Shown: in pieces, positions 36,812 to 49,099 of the stretch
Numbering within the stretch: position 1 is the stretch's first letter
Layout of the letters: each line of letters opens with the position of its first letter
NCBI RefSeq assembly: GCF_030144855.1
Contig: NW_026778917.1
Location: 310,001 to 374,000, forward strand
Source: Hypanus sabinus
Lineage: Eukaryota
Direction of reading: 5' to 3'
Length of the DNA stretch: 64,000 nt
The notes under the pieces: generated by a model
Database searches by the model: none
Told to the model about the DNA's origin: nothing
Seen by the model: only the letters and a program-made list of their open reading frames with translations
Translations under genes and position numbers: made by a program

Positions 36812-38623
36812 GTGGGGGACATTACCCGGGACGAGGAGTCCGCCGCCGTTTTCATTCAAACGAAGGAAGCTTTGGCGAACGCCGCAATGCTAGTACATCC
36901 CAGAATGGACGTCCCTACCGCCCTCACAGCGGACGCATCTAACACGGCAGTCGGTGGGGTGCTGGAGCAACGCATCGCAGGTCGCTGGCAACCCCTGGCG
37001 TTTTTCAGCAAACACCTGCGGCCACCCGAGCTCAAGTACAGTGCTTTCGACCGGGAACTGTTGGCGCTCTACCTGGCAATCCGGCATTTCAGGTACTTCT
37101 TAGAAGGTCGGCCCTTCACCGCGTTCACGGACCACAAACCGCTTACCTTTGCGTTTACGAAAGCATCCGACCCCTGGTCATCCCGCCAGCAACGCCACCT
37201 GTCCTACATCTCTGAATACACGACGGATGTCCGGCACGTCTCGGGTAAGGACAATGTCGTGGCGGATGCGCTTTCTCGCCCTACCGTTCATGCCCTTTCC
37301 CAAGGGGTAGACTTTGAGGCGCTGGCGGAGGCGCAGCAGGCGGATGAGGAGATTCCGAGTTACAGAACCGCAGTCTCCGGTTTGCAGCTCCAGGACCTCC
37401 CCGTGGGCCCGGGTGAGAGGACCCTACTCTGTGACGTCGCCACCGGCCAGCCCCGTCCGGTCGTCCCGGCAGCCTGGCGGCGGCGCGTTTTCGACTCCAT
37501 TCATAACTTGGCGCATCCTTCCATCCGGACAACTGTCCGGCTGGTTTCCAGCAGGTTCGTTTGGCACGGACTCCGCAAACAGGTCAGTGAATGGGCCAAA
37601 ACGTGCATGCACTGCCAGACGGCCAAGGTGCAGCGGCACACCAAAGCCCCACCGCAGCAGTTCCACCCCACCCGCCGGCGTTTCGACCACATTCATGTGG
37701 ATATCGTGGGTCCCCTGCCAGTGTCGCGCGGAGCGCGGCACCTCCTCACTATCGTGGACCGGTTCACCAGATGGCCAGAGGCGGTCCCGCTCACCGACAC
37801 CACCTCCGAATCTTGCGCCCGGGCACTGATCGCCACCTGGGCGTCCCGCTTTGGTGTGCCTGCCCACATTACCTCCGACAGAGGCGCCCAGTTCACCTCC
37901 AGCCTGTGGTCAGCTATGGTCAGCCTTTTGGGGACTCAGCTGCAGCACACCACTGCCTACCACCCACAGTCGAACGGGCTAGTGGAGCGTTTCCACCGTC
38001 ACCTGAAGTCGGCCCTCATGGCCCGCCTGCGAGGAGCTAACTGGGCGGACGAGCTTCCCTGGGTCCGACTCGGCATCCGCACAGCGCCCAAGGACGACCT
38101 GCACGCCTCGTCGGCCGAGTTGGTGTACGGCGCACCCCTGGTCGTCCCCGGGGAGTTCATACCGGCCCCAAGGGGGCAAGAGGAAGAACCCGCAGCAGTC
38201 CTGGGCAGACTACGCGAGAAGCTCGGTAACCTGGCCCCCATACCCACTTCACAGCACGGGCGGCACCCGACCTGCGTACCCAAAGACCTGCAGAACTGTA
38301 AGTTTGTGTTTGTACGAAGGGGCGGGCATCGGCCACCGCTGCAGCGGCCCTACGAGGGGCCGTTTACGGTGCTCCGCAACAACGGGTCCACGTTCGTGCT
38401 GGACGTTGGGGGGAAAGAGGAGGTTTTCACGGTGGACCGCCTCAAACCGGCCCATGTGGACCTGGCGCAACCGGCCGAGTTTCCGGCGCAGAGGCGCAGA
38501 GGCCGACCTCCCAAGCAGGTTCTGGCCCAGACTGTGGACATTGGGGGGTGTATCGCCGGTTCTGGGGGGGGGGGGTTATGTGGCGACCCATTTCCTGGCA
38601 CATCCGAACCGGCTCACAATTAG
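36812..38623 (+). CDS. pol: Gypsy pol remnant: RNase H plus integrase, open frame
   Basis: TADASNTAVGGVLEQ, YSAFDRELLALY, FTDHKPL, HNLAHP..CMHC zinc finger, HVDIVGP, SDRGAQF, NGLVERFH, PYEGPF; no protease or YxDD RT. Confidence 0.9.
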   Translation: MGDITRDEESAAVFIQTKEALANAAMLVHPRMDVPTALTADASNTAVGGVLEQRIAGRWQPLAFFSKHLRPPELKYSAFDRELLALYLAIRHFRYFLEGRPFTAFTDHKPLTFAFTKASDPWSSRQQRHLSYISEYTTDVRHVSGKDNVVADALSRPTVHALSQGVDFEALAEAQQADEEIPSYRTAVSGLQLQDLPVGPGERTLLCDVATGQPRPVVPAAWRRRVFDSIHNLAHPSIRTTVRLVSSRFVWHGLRKQVSEWAKTCMHCQTAKVQRHTKAPPQQFHPTRRRFDHIHVDIVGPLPVSRGARHLLTIVDRFTRWPEAVPLTDTTSESCARALIATWASRFGVPAHITSDRGAQFTSSLWSAMVSLLGTQLQHTTAYHPQSNGLVERFHRHLKSALMARLRGANWADELPWVRLGIRTAPKDDLHASSAELVYGAPLVVPGEFIPAPRGQEEEPAAVLGRLREKLGNLAPIPTSQHGRHPTCVPKDLQNCKFVFVRRGGHRPPLQRPYEGPFTVLRNNGSTFVLDVGGKEEVFTVDRLKPAHVDLAQPAEFPAQRRRGRPPKQVLAQTVDIGGCIAGSGGGGLCGDPFPGTSEPAHN

Positions 38624-38972
38624 CCAGCGTTCGGGCTAAGGGAGATAGCCTACGGGGGTTTGCGAGCACAGAGCTTTGGAGCCTCTGCGCCACGAGGGGC
38701 AGGTTGAGGGAGGCTTAAAAGCAAGGCTGGGTATTTCGAATAAAGTTTTCCTTCGACTGCAGTTACCGACTCCCATGTAGCACACAGCTACAATGAGTTA
38801 TTTTAAAGGGAATAGACTAAATACTCTGTATTAATCACTGCAGTGACTGCCATTAGTTCACTCTTATTCCAATTGATAGAGAAACCTGAGAAACTACCAA
38901 CATTAGTAATTAGAGTCAGAAGGGCGGGTATTGATGTTGGTGGGCTGGAGATATATAAAAGGACATCGTCAG

Positions 38973-39189
38973 TGTGGTGAACTACATATACCTGTCTGGA
39001 CACGCCCCCCTGCTGACTGCTCCTGTGGCTCCTCCCACAGACCCCTGTATAAAGGCGATCAAGGCCTGAGCCCGGCCTCTCAGTCTCCAGGATGTAGTAT
39101 GGGGGTCACTCACTGCTTGTTCCTTCCTCCAGTCAATAAAAGCCGATATCTTGCCTTACGTCTCAGAGTGAGTTATTGATGGTGCATCA
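38973..39189 (+). mobile_element. Solo LTR (217 bp)
   Basis: TG..CA ends, GTCAG 5-bp TSD (38968-72, 39190-94), internal tataaa and aataaa; splits the L1 YxDD codons. Confidence 0.85.
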
Positions 39190-40639
39190 GTCAGTATAAC
39201 AAAAGGTGATGTTTATGTTCATGTATATCAATGGGAGATATCAAAGCGTCCTGTCTGATGCTAACAGCCAGTGGCTCAATGATAACTGCAAACAAAAACA
39301 GAGAAAGAGGGCAGCCTTGACTAGTCCCACGATTAATTGCAAAAGGGGAGGAAATATTCTGATTAGTGATAATAGAGGCAGATGAGTGTGAATAAATTAT
39401 CTCAATCATTTGATGAAAGATGGTCCAGATCCAAATTTCTTAAGTGCAAACATCATATATGGCCATTCCACTTGGTGAAATGCATGTTGCGCATCTAATG
39501 AGATGACAACATCTGCATGCTTTGTATAAAGCTTACAACGTGACCAGAATGAATGTGACAAGTTACTGCTCAGAGATTTACAAACTGGCAAAACATCTGG
39601 GTAGAAGCTACGTAACTTTTCTTTAGAATAATGGAGTCTATGAATTTAGAGTTGTCAACAATCATCTTAAATGTTACAATGAAAATGAAGATTTGGAGGA
39701 TGAGACTGTGGACACTGTTGTATGAAAGCTGTCCATCATCTGGCCCGGTGTCTGTACTGATCTTGTTCATTCTGTACACTGCAGGGATTCCTCAGCTGAG
39801 AACTATTAGGAACTGATACACAGTTTGAAAGTACCAGAGTAGTTTCTAATTTGTTCTGTATTTCATTCAAATACATAACTTGATTCTCATTGTTTTTATT
39901 TTTCTTTCCAATGAAACCTCGGCTAATTTGGCCAAAATGTACCGGTCCTGGTATGAACTATAAATCACAGGTATTTATTTATTTTTGTTTAGGGTTTATT
40001 TTACATTTTGCAATGTACCACTGTCACAAAGCACCAAATTTCACAACATAGGTCAGTGATACTAAACCCAGTTCTGATTCTGAGGCCGAGCTCCTCCAGC
40101 AACACTGTGTGTTGCTCTGTATTTCCAGCGTCTGCACAAGCTCCTGACACACCATCAAATTCCCAGTCCAGACAGGTATGAAAGTAGAGCATTTTATTCC
40201 GCAACAATTTAGAAAACTGCTTGGTGCACAATGCACAAAATTATATACATCTTGCAAACAGTCCGCGTTTAACGCAATGACAGTTCGTTCCGTGAAACAC
40301 ACACATTTATTAACAGTCCGCCATAAACACGGTTTTTAGACCAATCCACGAAAGTCCGCAGTTTAACAGGGTTCTTGGCCGAATCCTTGAAAGACACACA
40401 TTATAGAGCAGAATAAGGTGCTCTCTCTTCCTCCTGTACATACCGTGCGGGTTGGGGTGACCTGGAACAGACAACGCCCGTTACAGGGCACGGTGAAAGT
40501 CTAGAGCGAGTGAAGCGGGCAGGGCACAAGTAACCGTGGCAAAGCTACAAAGCCAGTGGTTTCAGTGGGCTCCTCCATTCCGTCCGCCAGTACAGCCGAG
40601 GTTTCCTGACGGCCAGCCATTGCAACTGGACCTCCCGTT

Positions 40640-41020
40640 CCGACACGTCTATCCATGGCCTCCCACTCAGGTTCGAGAAATAACACCTGATATTGTATAT
40701 GGGTAGCCTCCAACTCAATGGCATAAAGATGGGTTTCTCAAACTTCTGGTAATTTCTCCCCATCAATCTTTCTCCATTCCTCATTCTGACTCCCCTCCTG
40801 CCCTCCCTCCTTCCCTCTTTTCTCCTTCTCATCCCCCCCCACTTCTCCTATCAGATTCCTTTCTCTTTGTTCCTTCACCCTATTCTATCTGAGACTGTCC
40901 CGCTCACACCCCCACCCCCTCCTGGTGTTACCGGTCACCTGCCCGCTTCCCTACCTCTGCAGCCCAGGGGCACTCCCTCTCCATAGACGCTGCCTGACTC
41001 GAGTTCCTCCAGCATTTCCT
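40640..41020 (+). mobile_element. Penelope-like 3' remnant
   Basis: Similar to 410-900 (gggtagcctccaac...tagacgctgcctgac). Confidence 0.55.
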
Positions 41021-41249
41021 TTCTGTTTCAGAGAACTATCTCACTGTGGTGGGTCGGTTGTGTGGCAGGGTGAGATAGGGGTGTGGGCAAAGCGTTGGGA
41101 CCACCCATGGTCCAGTACAGAGACCACCCTCATGGCCTCGACACTCATACTTTCAGATCATTTGCTGAGTCTGTGCTAGGATGCTTGCCGTTTACACAGC
41201 TAACCTGGTACTCCTCCAGGGATTTAATCTGATGCTCCACGTTTAGGAG

Positions 41250-41810
41250 AATAAGAATATCAGGTGAACACGCTCAATCTTTTCCCAAGGATTGGGGAAT
41301 CAAGAACCAGAGGGCAAAGGTTCAAGCTGGAAGGGGAGAGATTTAATAGGAATCCGAGGGGCCACTTCTTTTCACCCCGAAGCTGGAGGTTTTCAGAATG
41401 AGCTGCTCGTGGAGGTGTTTGAGTCAGGTATATTAATAACATTTAAAATACAGTGAGGCACCTACTGAATATTGAAAGGCCCAGTTAGATTGGACATGGA
41501 GGAGATGTTTCCAGTCGTGAGGGAGTCTAGGACCAGAGGACATAGCCTCAGCACAGAGAGACGTCCATTTAGAACAGAGATGAGGATTATATTTTTTTAG
41601 CCAGAAGGTGGTGAATAGGTTGAATTCATTGCCACAGACAACTGTGGAGGCCAAGTCATTTGGGTTCATTTGAAGCAGAGGTTGATAGTCAGGGCATCTA
41701 GGGTGATAGGGAGAAGGCATAGGAATGGGGCTGAGAGAGGGAATGTAAGTCGGCCATGATGGAATGGTGGAGCAACCTCAATGGGCTGAATGGCCTAATT
41801 CTGCTGTGTC
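41250..41810 (+). mobile_element. CR1 3' remnants
   Basis: gagtctaggaccagaggacatagcctc...gggctgaatggcctaattctgct CR1 3' end. Confidence 0.65.
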
Positions 41811-42229
41811 TTCTTGTGGTATGTGGACATATCTCCCTTCCCCCAATGATCGTACGCAACACCTCATCCCCAACAGACCAAATCCTGGTCCTTCCCAACC
41901 AGGAATACGTAGTGAGTTCCTGGGCAGCAAGACTTCCAAACACTGCTCTTCCCACGACGGCAGATCCTCACTTCCTCCATTGACCCAAGGGACCCCTTAC
42001 CCAACTGGGGAATATCTCCCAGCAACTACATCCATGCCTGTGCCTCCTCGGCCTCCAATAAGTTCAACTATGACTGGACTGGTCTCTGCCGGGGCCGGGG
42101 TAAGGTGGCAGATGATGGCCAATGGTAGGCTAGAGCTGATAGGCCAGTTTTGCTATTGGCCAATGGTAGGATGGAGCTGACCGGCTGATTTATTGATGGC
42201 CATTTGTTGGGCAGAACTGACAGGTTGCC

Positions 42230-44295
42230 TAAACAAGGAAGACTACAATGGGATGAGGGAAGAGTTGGATAGGGTAAACTGGGAACACAGGCTATATGGT
42301 GGGATGGTTGAGGAACAGTAGAAGACTTTGAAAGATTTTTCACAGTGCTTAACAAAAGTATATTCCAGTTAAAAGCAAGGACAGTAAAGGTGGGGAGAGC
42401 CTGCCATGGATAACTAAGGAAATAAAGGAAGGCATCAAATTAAAAGCAAAGTCGCCAAGAGTAGTGGGAAACCAGAAGATCGGGAAAACTTTAAAAAGCA
42501 ACAAAGAACCACTAAGGAAGGGAAGATAGATTATGAAAATAAACTAACACAAAATATAACATCGAAGAGTAAAAGTTTTTATGATCATATAAAGCAGAAA
42601 AGGGTGGCCAAAGTAGGTCCCCTGGAGGATGAAGGGGGAATTGATATTGGGAAATGAGAAAATGGCTGAGGCTTTGAATGACTATTTTGTGTCGGTCTTC
42701 TCAGTGGAGGTCACATCTAACAGGCCGAAGAGAGATGACATGGATGCGATGGGAGGTGAGGACCTTGATACAATAGCTATCACTAAAGAGATAGTGCCTG
42801 GCAACTTGTGGGCCCAAAAACAGACAAGACCCCTGGTACTGATGGAACGCATCCCAGGGTACTGAAAGAAATGGCAGAGGTTACGCTGAGGCTTTGGTGA
42901 TAACTCCTGGCAGGTCCTGGCAGATTGGAAGATGGTGAATGTGATGCCACTATTCAAGAAAAGGATGTAAGCAGAAGCCAGGTAACGTACACCAGTTAGT
43001 TTAACATCTGTAGTTGGAAATGCTTGAACCTATCATTAAATATGAAATAGTGAGGCATCTGGAAAGAAATCAGGCAGATGTAGCATGGATTCAGCAAAGG
43101 CAGGTCCTGATTGACAAACTTGCTGGAGTTTTTTGAGGATATAATGAGCGCAGTGGATAGAGGGGAAGTTATTTACTTGGATTTCCAGAAGGCACTTGAT
43201 AAGATGCCACATAAAAGACATATCCATAGGGATGCAAAGATGGATAGAGAATTGGTTAACCCATAGAAAGCAGAGTTGGGATACATGGGTGTTACTCTGG
43301 TTGGCAATCAGTGGTGAGTGGTGTGCTCCAGGGGTCAGTGCTGGACACTCGACTGTTCATGATATACGTTAACGATCTGGAAGAGGGGACCGAATGTAGT
43401 GTATCTAAGTTTGCCGATGACACTAAATTGAGTAGAAAAAGCAAATTGTGCAGAAGATTCAGAGAGTCTACAGAGAGATATAGATAGGTTAAGTGAGTGG
43501 GCAAGGGTCTACAGATGCAGTACCATGTTGCTAATTGCGAGGTCATCCATGTTGGAAGGAAAAATGGAAGAGCAGATTATTATTTAAATGGAAAAAGATC
43601 GCAGCATGCTGCTGTGCAGAGGGACTTGGGAGTGCTTGTGCATGAATCACAAAAGGCTGGTTTGCAGGTGCAGCAGGCTATCAAGAAGGCAAATGAAATG
43701 TTGGCCATTACTAGAGGGATTGAATTTAAGAGCAGAGAGGTCATGCTGCAACTGGTGAGGCCGCACCTGGAGTACCGTGTGCAGTTCTGGTCTCCTTACT
43801 TGGGGAAGGATATGAGGAGGCGATGCACAGGAGGTTCACCAGGTTGATACCAGAATGAGGGGGTTAGACTATGAGGAGAGATTGAGTCACTGGAATTCAG
43901 AAGGATGAGAGGAGATCTTTTAGAAACATATAAAATTATGAACGGGAAAGAGGCAGGAAAGTTGTTTCCACTGATGGGTGAGACATAGAAGACTAGGACT
44001 AGGGAACATGGCCTCGATTCAGGGAGTAGATTTAGGTTGGAGATGAGGAAGAACTGCTTTTCCCAGAGGGTGGTGAATCTGTGGAATTCTCTGCCCATTG
44101 AAGCAGTGGAGGCTCCCTCAGTAAATACATTTAAGACAAGGTTGGATAGATTTTTGCGTAGTAGGGGAATTAAGCATTATGGGGAAAAGGCAGGTAGGTG
44201 AGAATAAGACTATGATCAGCCATGATCTTATTGAATGGCGGAGCAGCTCGATGGGCCGGATGGCCGACTCCTGCTCCGATTTCTTACGTTCTTAT
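42230..44295 (+). mobile_element. CR1 LINE ORF2 fragment with 3' tail
   Basis: NEKMAEALNDYFVSVF, KFADDTKL, QLVRPHLEYRVQFWSP; ends in a ttcttacgttctta tail. Confidence 0.88.
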
Positions 44296-44471
44296 TGGCG
44301 GCCATTGGTAGGGCAGAGCTGATCAGCTAGCGCACTGTTCAATAGTAGGATGAAGCTGACAGGATGGTTTACGGTGGAAGGTCTCTACAGGAACTGGGAG
44401 GTTCCCATCTTACCCCCACCCCCAATACACCCCATTTGTACGTACCCCCAGCCTCAGCAGCACTCCACAGG

Positions 44472-44486
44472 TTATTGACTCTTCTC
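44472..44486 (-). CDS. TAPBP: Tapasin terminal coding exon (exon 8): EKSQ*
   Basis: tgctgtttatctctttctag|GAG AAG AGT CAA TAA; phase 0 matches the exon 7 end; gives C-terminus KEKSQ (KxKxx ER-retrieval motif). Confidence 0.7.
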   Translation of the reverse strand, partial: EKSQ

Positions 44487-44739
44487 CTAGAAAGAGATAA
44501 ACAGCATGTAAACAGATTCAACCTCACAAACACAAACTTCCTCCCTCCAAAACCCTACCCTTCCTGCAAACTCCTTTCCCTCACTCAAGGGTGATTGGAG
44601 AGAAGTATGGTGGGGGGGGGGGATGGAGCTGAGGGTAGTCAGAGATAGTTTTATTTTACATGGAGAGCGGTGTGTGCATGGATCACTCGGCCAGGGGTGA
44701 TGATGGTGGCAGAAATGTATTTGGGACATTTATAAGGCA

Positions 44740-45130
44740 CGTGGATATTCCCTGGTGTTATCAGTTCAGAGTATCCGTATTACAAAGAAGGCACAACAAT
44801 GCCCCTACGTCCTTAGAAGTTGTGAAGATTTGGCATGCCGTCTGAAACTGTGGTGGAGAATACGCTGACTGGCTGCATCACACCTGATACGGAAACATCG
44901 ATGCCTTTGAATGGCAAAACAATAGCAGATATGGCCAAGTCCATTACAGGTAAAGACCTCCCCACTGTCGATTATATCTACATGGAGCTCTAACGCATCT
45001 GTCATCTGATACCCCACCACCCAGACACAGCAGCCTCAGCCAAGGCTCGAACTAGCGACCTTCAGATCCCTAGACTGATGCCTTACCCACTTGGCCACGC
45101 GCCACACCATGTTCAATTACCCCGTAACTG
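44740..45130 (+). mobile_element. L2-like LINE remnant
   Basis: aagaaggcacaacaatgcc...ctgactggctgcatcac typical RT 3' remnant. Confidence 0.55.
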
Positions 45131-45699
45131 AACAGCCTATAGACTCACTTTCAAGGTCTCTTCATCTCCATATTAATTGCTTATTTATTTAATAATCAAT
45201 CATTTCCTTTCTTTTCTCCCGTTTGTATTTGCAGTTTGTTGCCCTTTGCTCGTAGGCTGTTTACCCTTCCTGTTGGGTGTGCTATTTCACTGATTCTATC
45301 CTGTTTATTTGCATTTCCTGTCAATGAATGTCGGGGTTGCAAATGGTGACGTATGTGTACCTTGATACTAAATCTACTTTGAACTTTTGGATAAAAGTGG
45401 AGGGCCGCCTGGGGAAGGAAGAGTTGGAGTGTCTCGAACGTCGACGGCCAAAGAGCCTGTACCGTGGAACTGTCCAATGCTCCAGGGGAACAGCACCTCC
45501 GGGAGGGAGGGCCCTGACGTGCGAGGACAGCATTCCGCGCAGGTCCGGAGCACGGCGGAAAAGAGCAGCCAGTTTTCAACGTGAGGTTTTGATTGGACAG
45601 TGCTGCAGACACAGAAGCATTCCAGCGTGGAGTGGAGCTTGAAAAACCCGGTCTCCATGGGAGTGGTCGTCATTCGACTGGCAAGGCGGAAGAGCGGCA

Positions 45700-47360
45700 A
45701 GCAGATAACTTTATTGATTTCTTTTTCTTATCTAACACCTGAAAGAACAGGGCCAGTGCTCTGTGAGATTTCCAGGAGATTAACAGCCTCCCTGATGGCC
45801 ACATCTGCACCAGGTACGTTGAGATGCCGCTCCTGAGGGACCGAGTTAGGGAACTGGAGCTGCAGCTCGATGACCTTCGTCTGGTCAGGGAGAGTGAGGA
45901 GGTGATAACAGGAGCTACAGGGAGGTGGTCACCCCAAGGCTACAGGAGAGAGATAAATGAGTGACTGTCAGGAGAGGGAAGGGAGAACGTCAGATAGTGG
46001 AGAGCACCCCTGTGGCCGCCCCCCTCACAATAAGTACTCCATTTTGAGCACTGTTGGGGGATGACCTATGTGGGGGGAGCAACAGCAGCCGTGCCTCTGG
46101 CTCTGATTCTGGCCCTGTGGCTTATAGGGGTAGGGAACTGCACCGCCAGCTGTAATAGGGGACATGGGGGGGGGGCAGATAGACATTTCTGTGGGCACGA
46201 GAAAGAAACACGGTTGGTAGTTTGCCTCCCAGGTGCCAGGGACTGCGAAGTTACTGATAGTGTCCACAATATCTTGAAAAGGGAGGGTTAGCAGCCAGAA
46301 GTTGTGGTACGTTTTGGTACCAATGACATAAGCAGAAAAAGGGAGGTGGTCCTGAATACAGACTACAGGGAGTTAGGAAAGAAGTCGAAAAGCAGAACCT
46401 CAAGGGTAGTAATCTCAGAATTGCTGCCTGTGCTACACGACAGTGAGGATAGGAATAGAATGAGGTGGCAGATAAATACATGGCTGAGGAATTGGAGCAG
46501 GGGGCAGGAATTTGAATTTCTGGAACATTCTGGGGCAGGTATGACCTGTACAAAAGGGACAGGTTGCACGTGAATCCGAGGGGCAGCAACACTCTAGCGG
46601 GCAGATTTACGAGAGCTGTTGGGAGTGGTTTAAACTAGTACAGCAGGGGGATGAACCAGTATGATCGAGCTGAGGATGAGCCAGCAGGTCTACAAGTAGA
46701 TGATGGCTGGGTGTAACATGTTGTAAGGAAGGACAAGACAATGACTGGGTACAAATGCAGACAGAGCAAAGAGTTAATTTGTACCACAGAGGCAAAATTC
46801 AGAAGGGTAAAGAATGCAGAATTGAGGATGTTGTATTTAAATGCATGTCGCATTTGGAATATGGTGGATGAACTCCTGGTGCAATTCGAGATGGATCAGT
46901 ATGACATTGTGAGTGTCACTGAGGCATGGCTGAAAGAAGTCAGATGGGAGTTTAATATCAAAGGATATACTTTGTATTAAAAGGACAGGCAGGGAGGCAG
47001 AGGTGGTGGTGTGGAATTACATATTTAGAAAGAGGTGACATAGGATCAGAGAATGTTGAATCTTTGTGGGTAGAGTTAAGAAATTGCAAGGGTAAAAAAA
47101 ACATTCTGGGAATCATATAAAGTGGGGTTAACATATGAGGAGCGTTTGGCAGCTTTGGGCCTGTACTCACTGGGATTTAAAAGAATGTGTGGGGATCTCA
47201 TTGAAACCTACTGAATGCTGAAAGGACTCGATAGGTGGAGAGGATGTTTCCTCTGGTGGGGGTATCCAGAACTGGAGGGCACAGCCTCAAAATTGAGGTG
47301 CAACCCTTTAAAATAGAGGTGAGGAGGAATTTTTTAGCCAGAGAGCAGTGAAACTGTGGA
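45700..47360 (+). mobile_element. CR1 5' region (ORF1 esterase-like, ORF2 endonuclease start) plus 3' fragment
   Basis: VVRFGTNDISRK...RVVISELLPV; LYLNACRIWN..DELL..DIVSVTEAWL. Confidence 0.75.
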
Positions 47361-47439
47361 ATGCTCTGCCGCAGAGAGCTGTGGAGACCGTGGACACACC
47401 CTATTCTCGTTAGATGTGTCTTCAGACTGTGTGGATTCA

Positions 47440-48620
47440 CAGTTATGCGAGGAACCTATTTCTACCAACATCTCCTTATATGTGACAAAAACTCTGTTAT
47501 GCGGGGAGTACCGCTTTCCCTCCAATACAAGTCACATGCGTGTGTCTCACAGTCTCACTCCCGCCAGTCTCGCATTGGTTTTGGCAAGGTGTGGACGTGC
47601 GATTTTCCACTCTTAAACTTTTGTTGGTTTTACTACAGTGCAGTGATTTTGTGCTTGAAAAATTTAACGATGCCTCCTAAGCGTCCGATGTCATGTCCTG
47701 GGCCATCAGCCGAGCGGCAGAGAACCGCTTTAACACTTGAAAAAAAGTTGGAAATTATAAACAGCGCGGCATCAGGTGAAAGTAGCACAGCCCTGGGACA
47801 CTACTGCCGGGAACAGAATCTTGCCTTTAAAGTTCTTTTGTTTCTTGACAATGCGCCAGCCCATCCTAAACATTTGGACAGCATTCATCCTAACATAACA
47901 CTGCGTTTCCTGCCGCCTAACACAACATCGCTGATTCAAACACTCGACCAAGGTGCGATCCACATTCAAGGAGTATTTTTTTTATGGCGAACTATCTCTC
48001 AGATGCTGTAAGCAACAGACGATTTTGAAAATCCCAGGAGTTTCCCAACGGTGAGGGAATGGTGGAAGTCGGAACACTGGGCACAAATGGCGATGGACAC
48101 GGACCCAAGTTTAGAGCAGAATCAGCATTTCAGTCGTTCCCTGCCATCAACCCTTCTTCCCTACAGGAAAATTTATGCTGAAAAACAAAATGCTGCCAAG
48201 CAAACAACCCTCACCACTTTCTTCAAACTGCTGCCGGCTGTTCTAAGAGTTCTGTGAGTCTTCCTCCACCCCTTGCTGTACTTGATATGATCCTGACGAC
48301 CACAACCATCCACCTTATCCACGTAAAGCTGCCCGACACCACAACCACCACTCATCACCCAGAGCAAACACACCTGCCACTGGTGGTGAGTACTGTACAC
48401 CCTAGTATATTAACTTTCTATGATTATTACACTGAATATTATCTTAAATTGATTAAATATAATACAAATGTGTCTTGTGGTACTGCTTTTGTGTCGTGTT
48501 GGTATGAAAATGTGAATAAATTAGAGATAAAACATATTTAGGAAGCCCTGTGGAACGCATCCCTACTTTCTCCACTTAAATAATTATTCACATTATGCGA
48601 TTTCACATCATGTGTCGACT
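47440..48620 (+). mobile_element. Tigger/pogo-family DNA transposon fossil
   Basis: MPPKRP...ERQRTALTLEKKLEII (CENP-B-like HTH) joined to KVLLFLDNAPAHP...FLPPNTTSLIQTLDQG (DDE remnant). Confidence 0.8.
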
Positions 48621-49099
48621 ATGAGGAATGCATCCCCCATATAATGAGGATAGGGTGCCTATTTACAATAAAATTGATAGTGCCCTGATTGGTCAGGGCA
48701 TCAAGAGTTGTGGCAAGAAGGCCACTGAATGGGGTTGTGTGGGACCTGGGATCAGTGATGATGGAACAGCGGAGCAGACTCAATGGGCTGAATGGCCTCA
48801 TTCTGCTCCTCTGTCTTACGTCACTGGGTCTAAACCCTGGAACTGCCTCCCCATCGCACCGAGGGATCTCCTTCACCGGAGACCACAGAGGTTCAAGGAG
48901 GCAGCTGCCCCTCCACCGCCTGTCTGCGAGGTATGGACAATCACTTCATACAGGGAGGGGGGCATCTCTAAAGATCTATCCTGGGCTAAGCATATTGACG
49001 CAAATACAAAGAATCACGACAGCTGCTGTATTTCATCAGGAGTTAGAGATTTGTTTTGTTACTGTAAACCATCACACCTTCTGCTCACATCAGGAAGGG

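Larger units (their letters stand above)
35945..38792 (+). mobile_element. Gypsy (Ty3) LTR retrotransposon, internally deleted (gag-partial / RNase H / integrase)
   Basis: TG..CA LTRs 35945-36179 and 38579-38792; ATGA TSD (35941-44, 38793-96); PBS TGGTGACCCCGACG 36182-36195; G-run PPT ~38564-38575. Confidence 0.97.
34390..39600 (-). mobile_element. L1-clade LINE remnant interrupted by Penelope, Gypsy and solo-LTR insertions
   Basis: Collinear minus-strand pieces: RGTSQGCPLS (39191-39409), DDVLLYIS (~38960), GRVNAIKMIVLPRF (35575-35940), CDRCK...THMFWSC (34728-35087). Confidence 0.85.

Noticed and set aside
40386-40461. 18-nt exon followed by a 58-nt intron
   Set aside because: The intron is too short for typical vertebrate splicing and no frame gives a tapasin-like C-terminus.
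45670-45745. Alternative tapasin last exon (VLDKKKKS...)
   Set aside because: It lies at the 5' edge of a CR1 remnant and has no terminal di-lysine motif; 44486 fits better.
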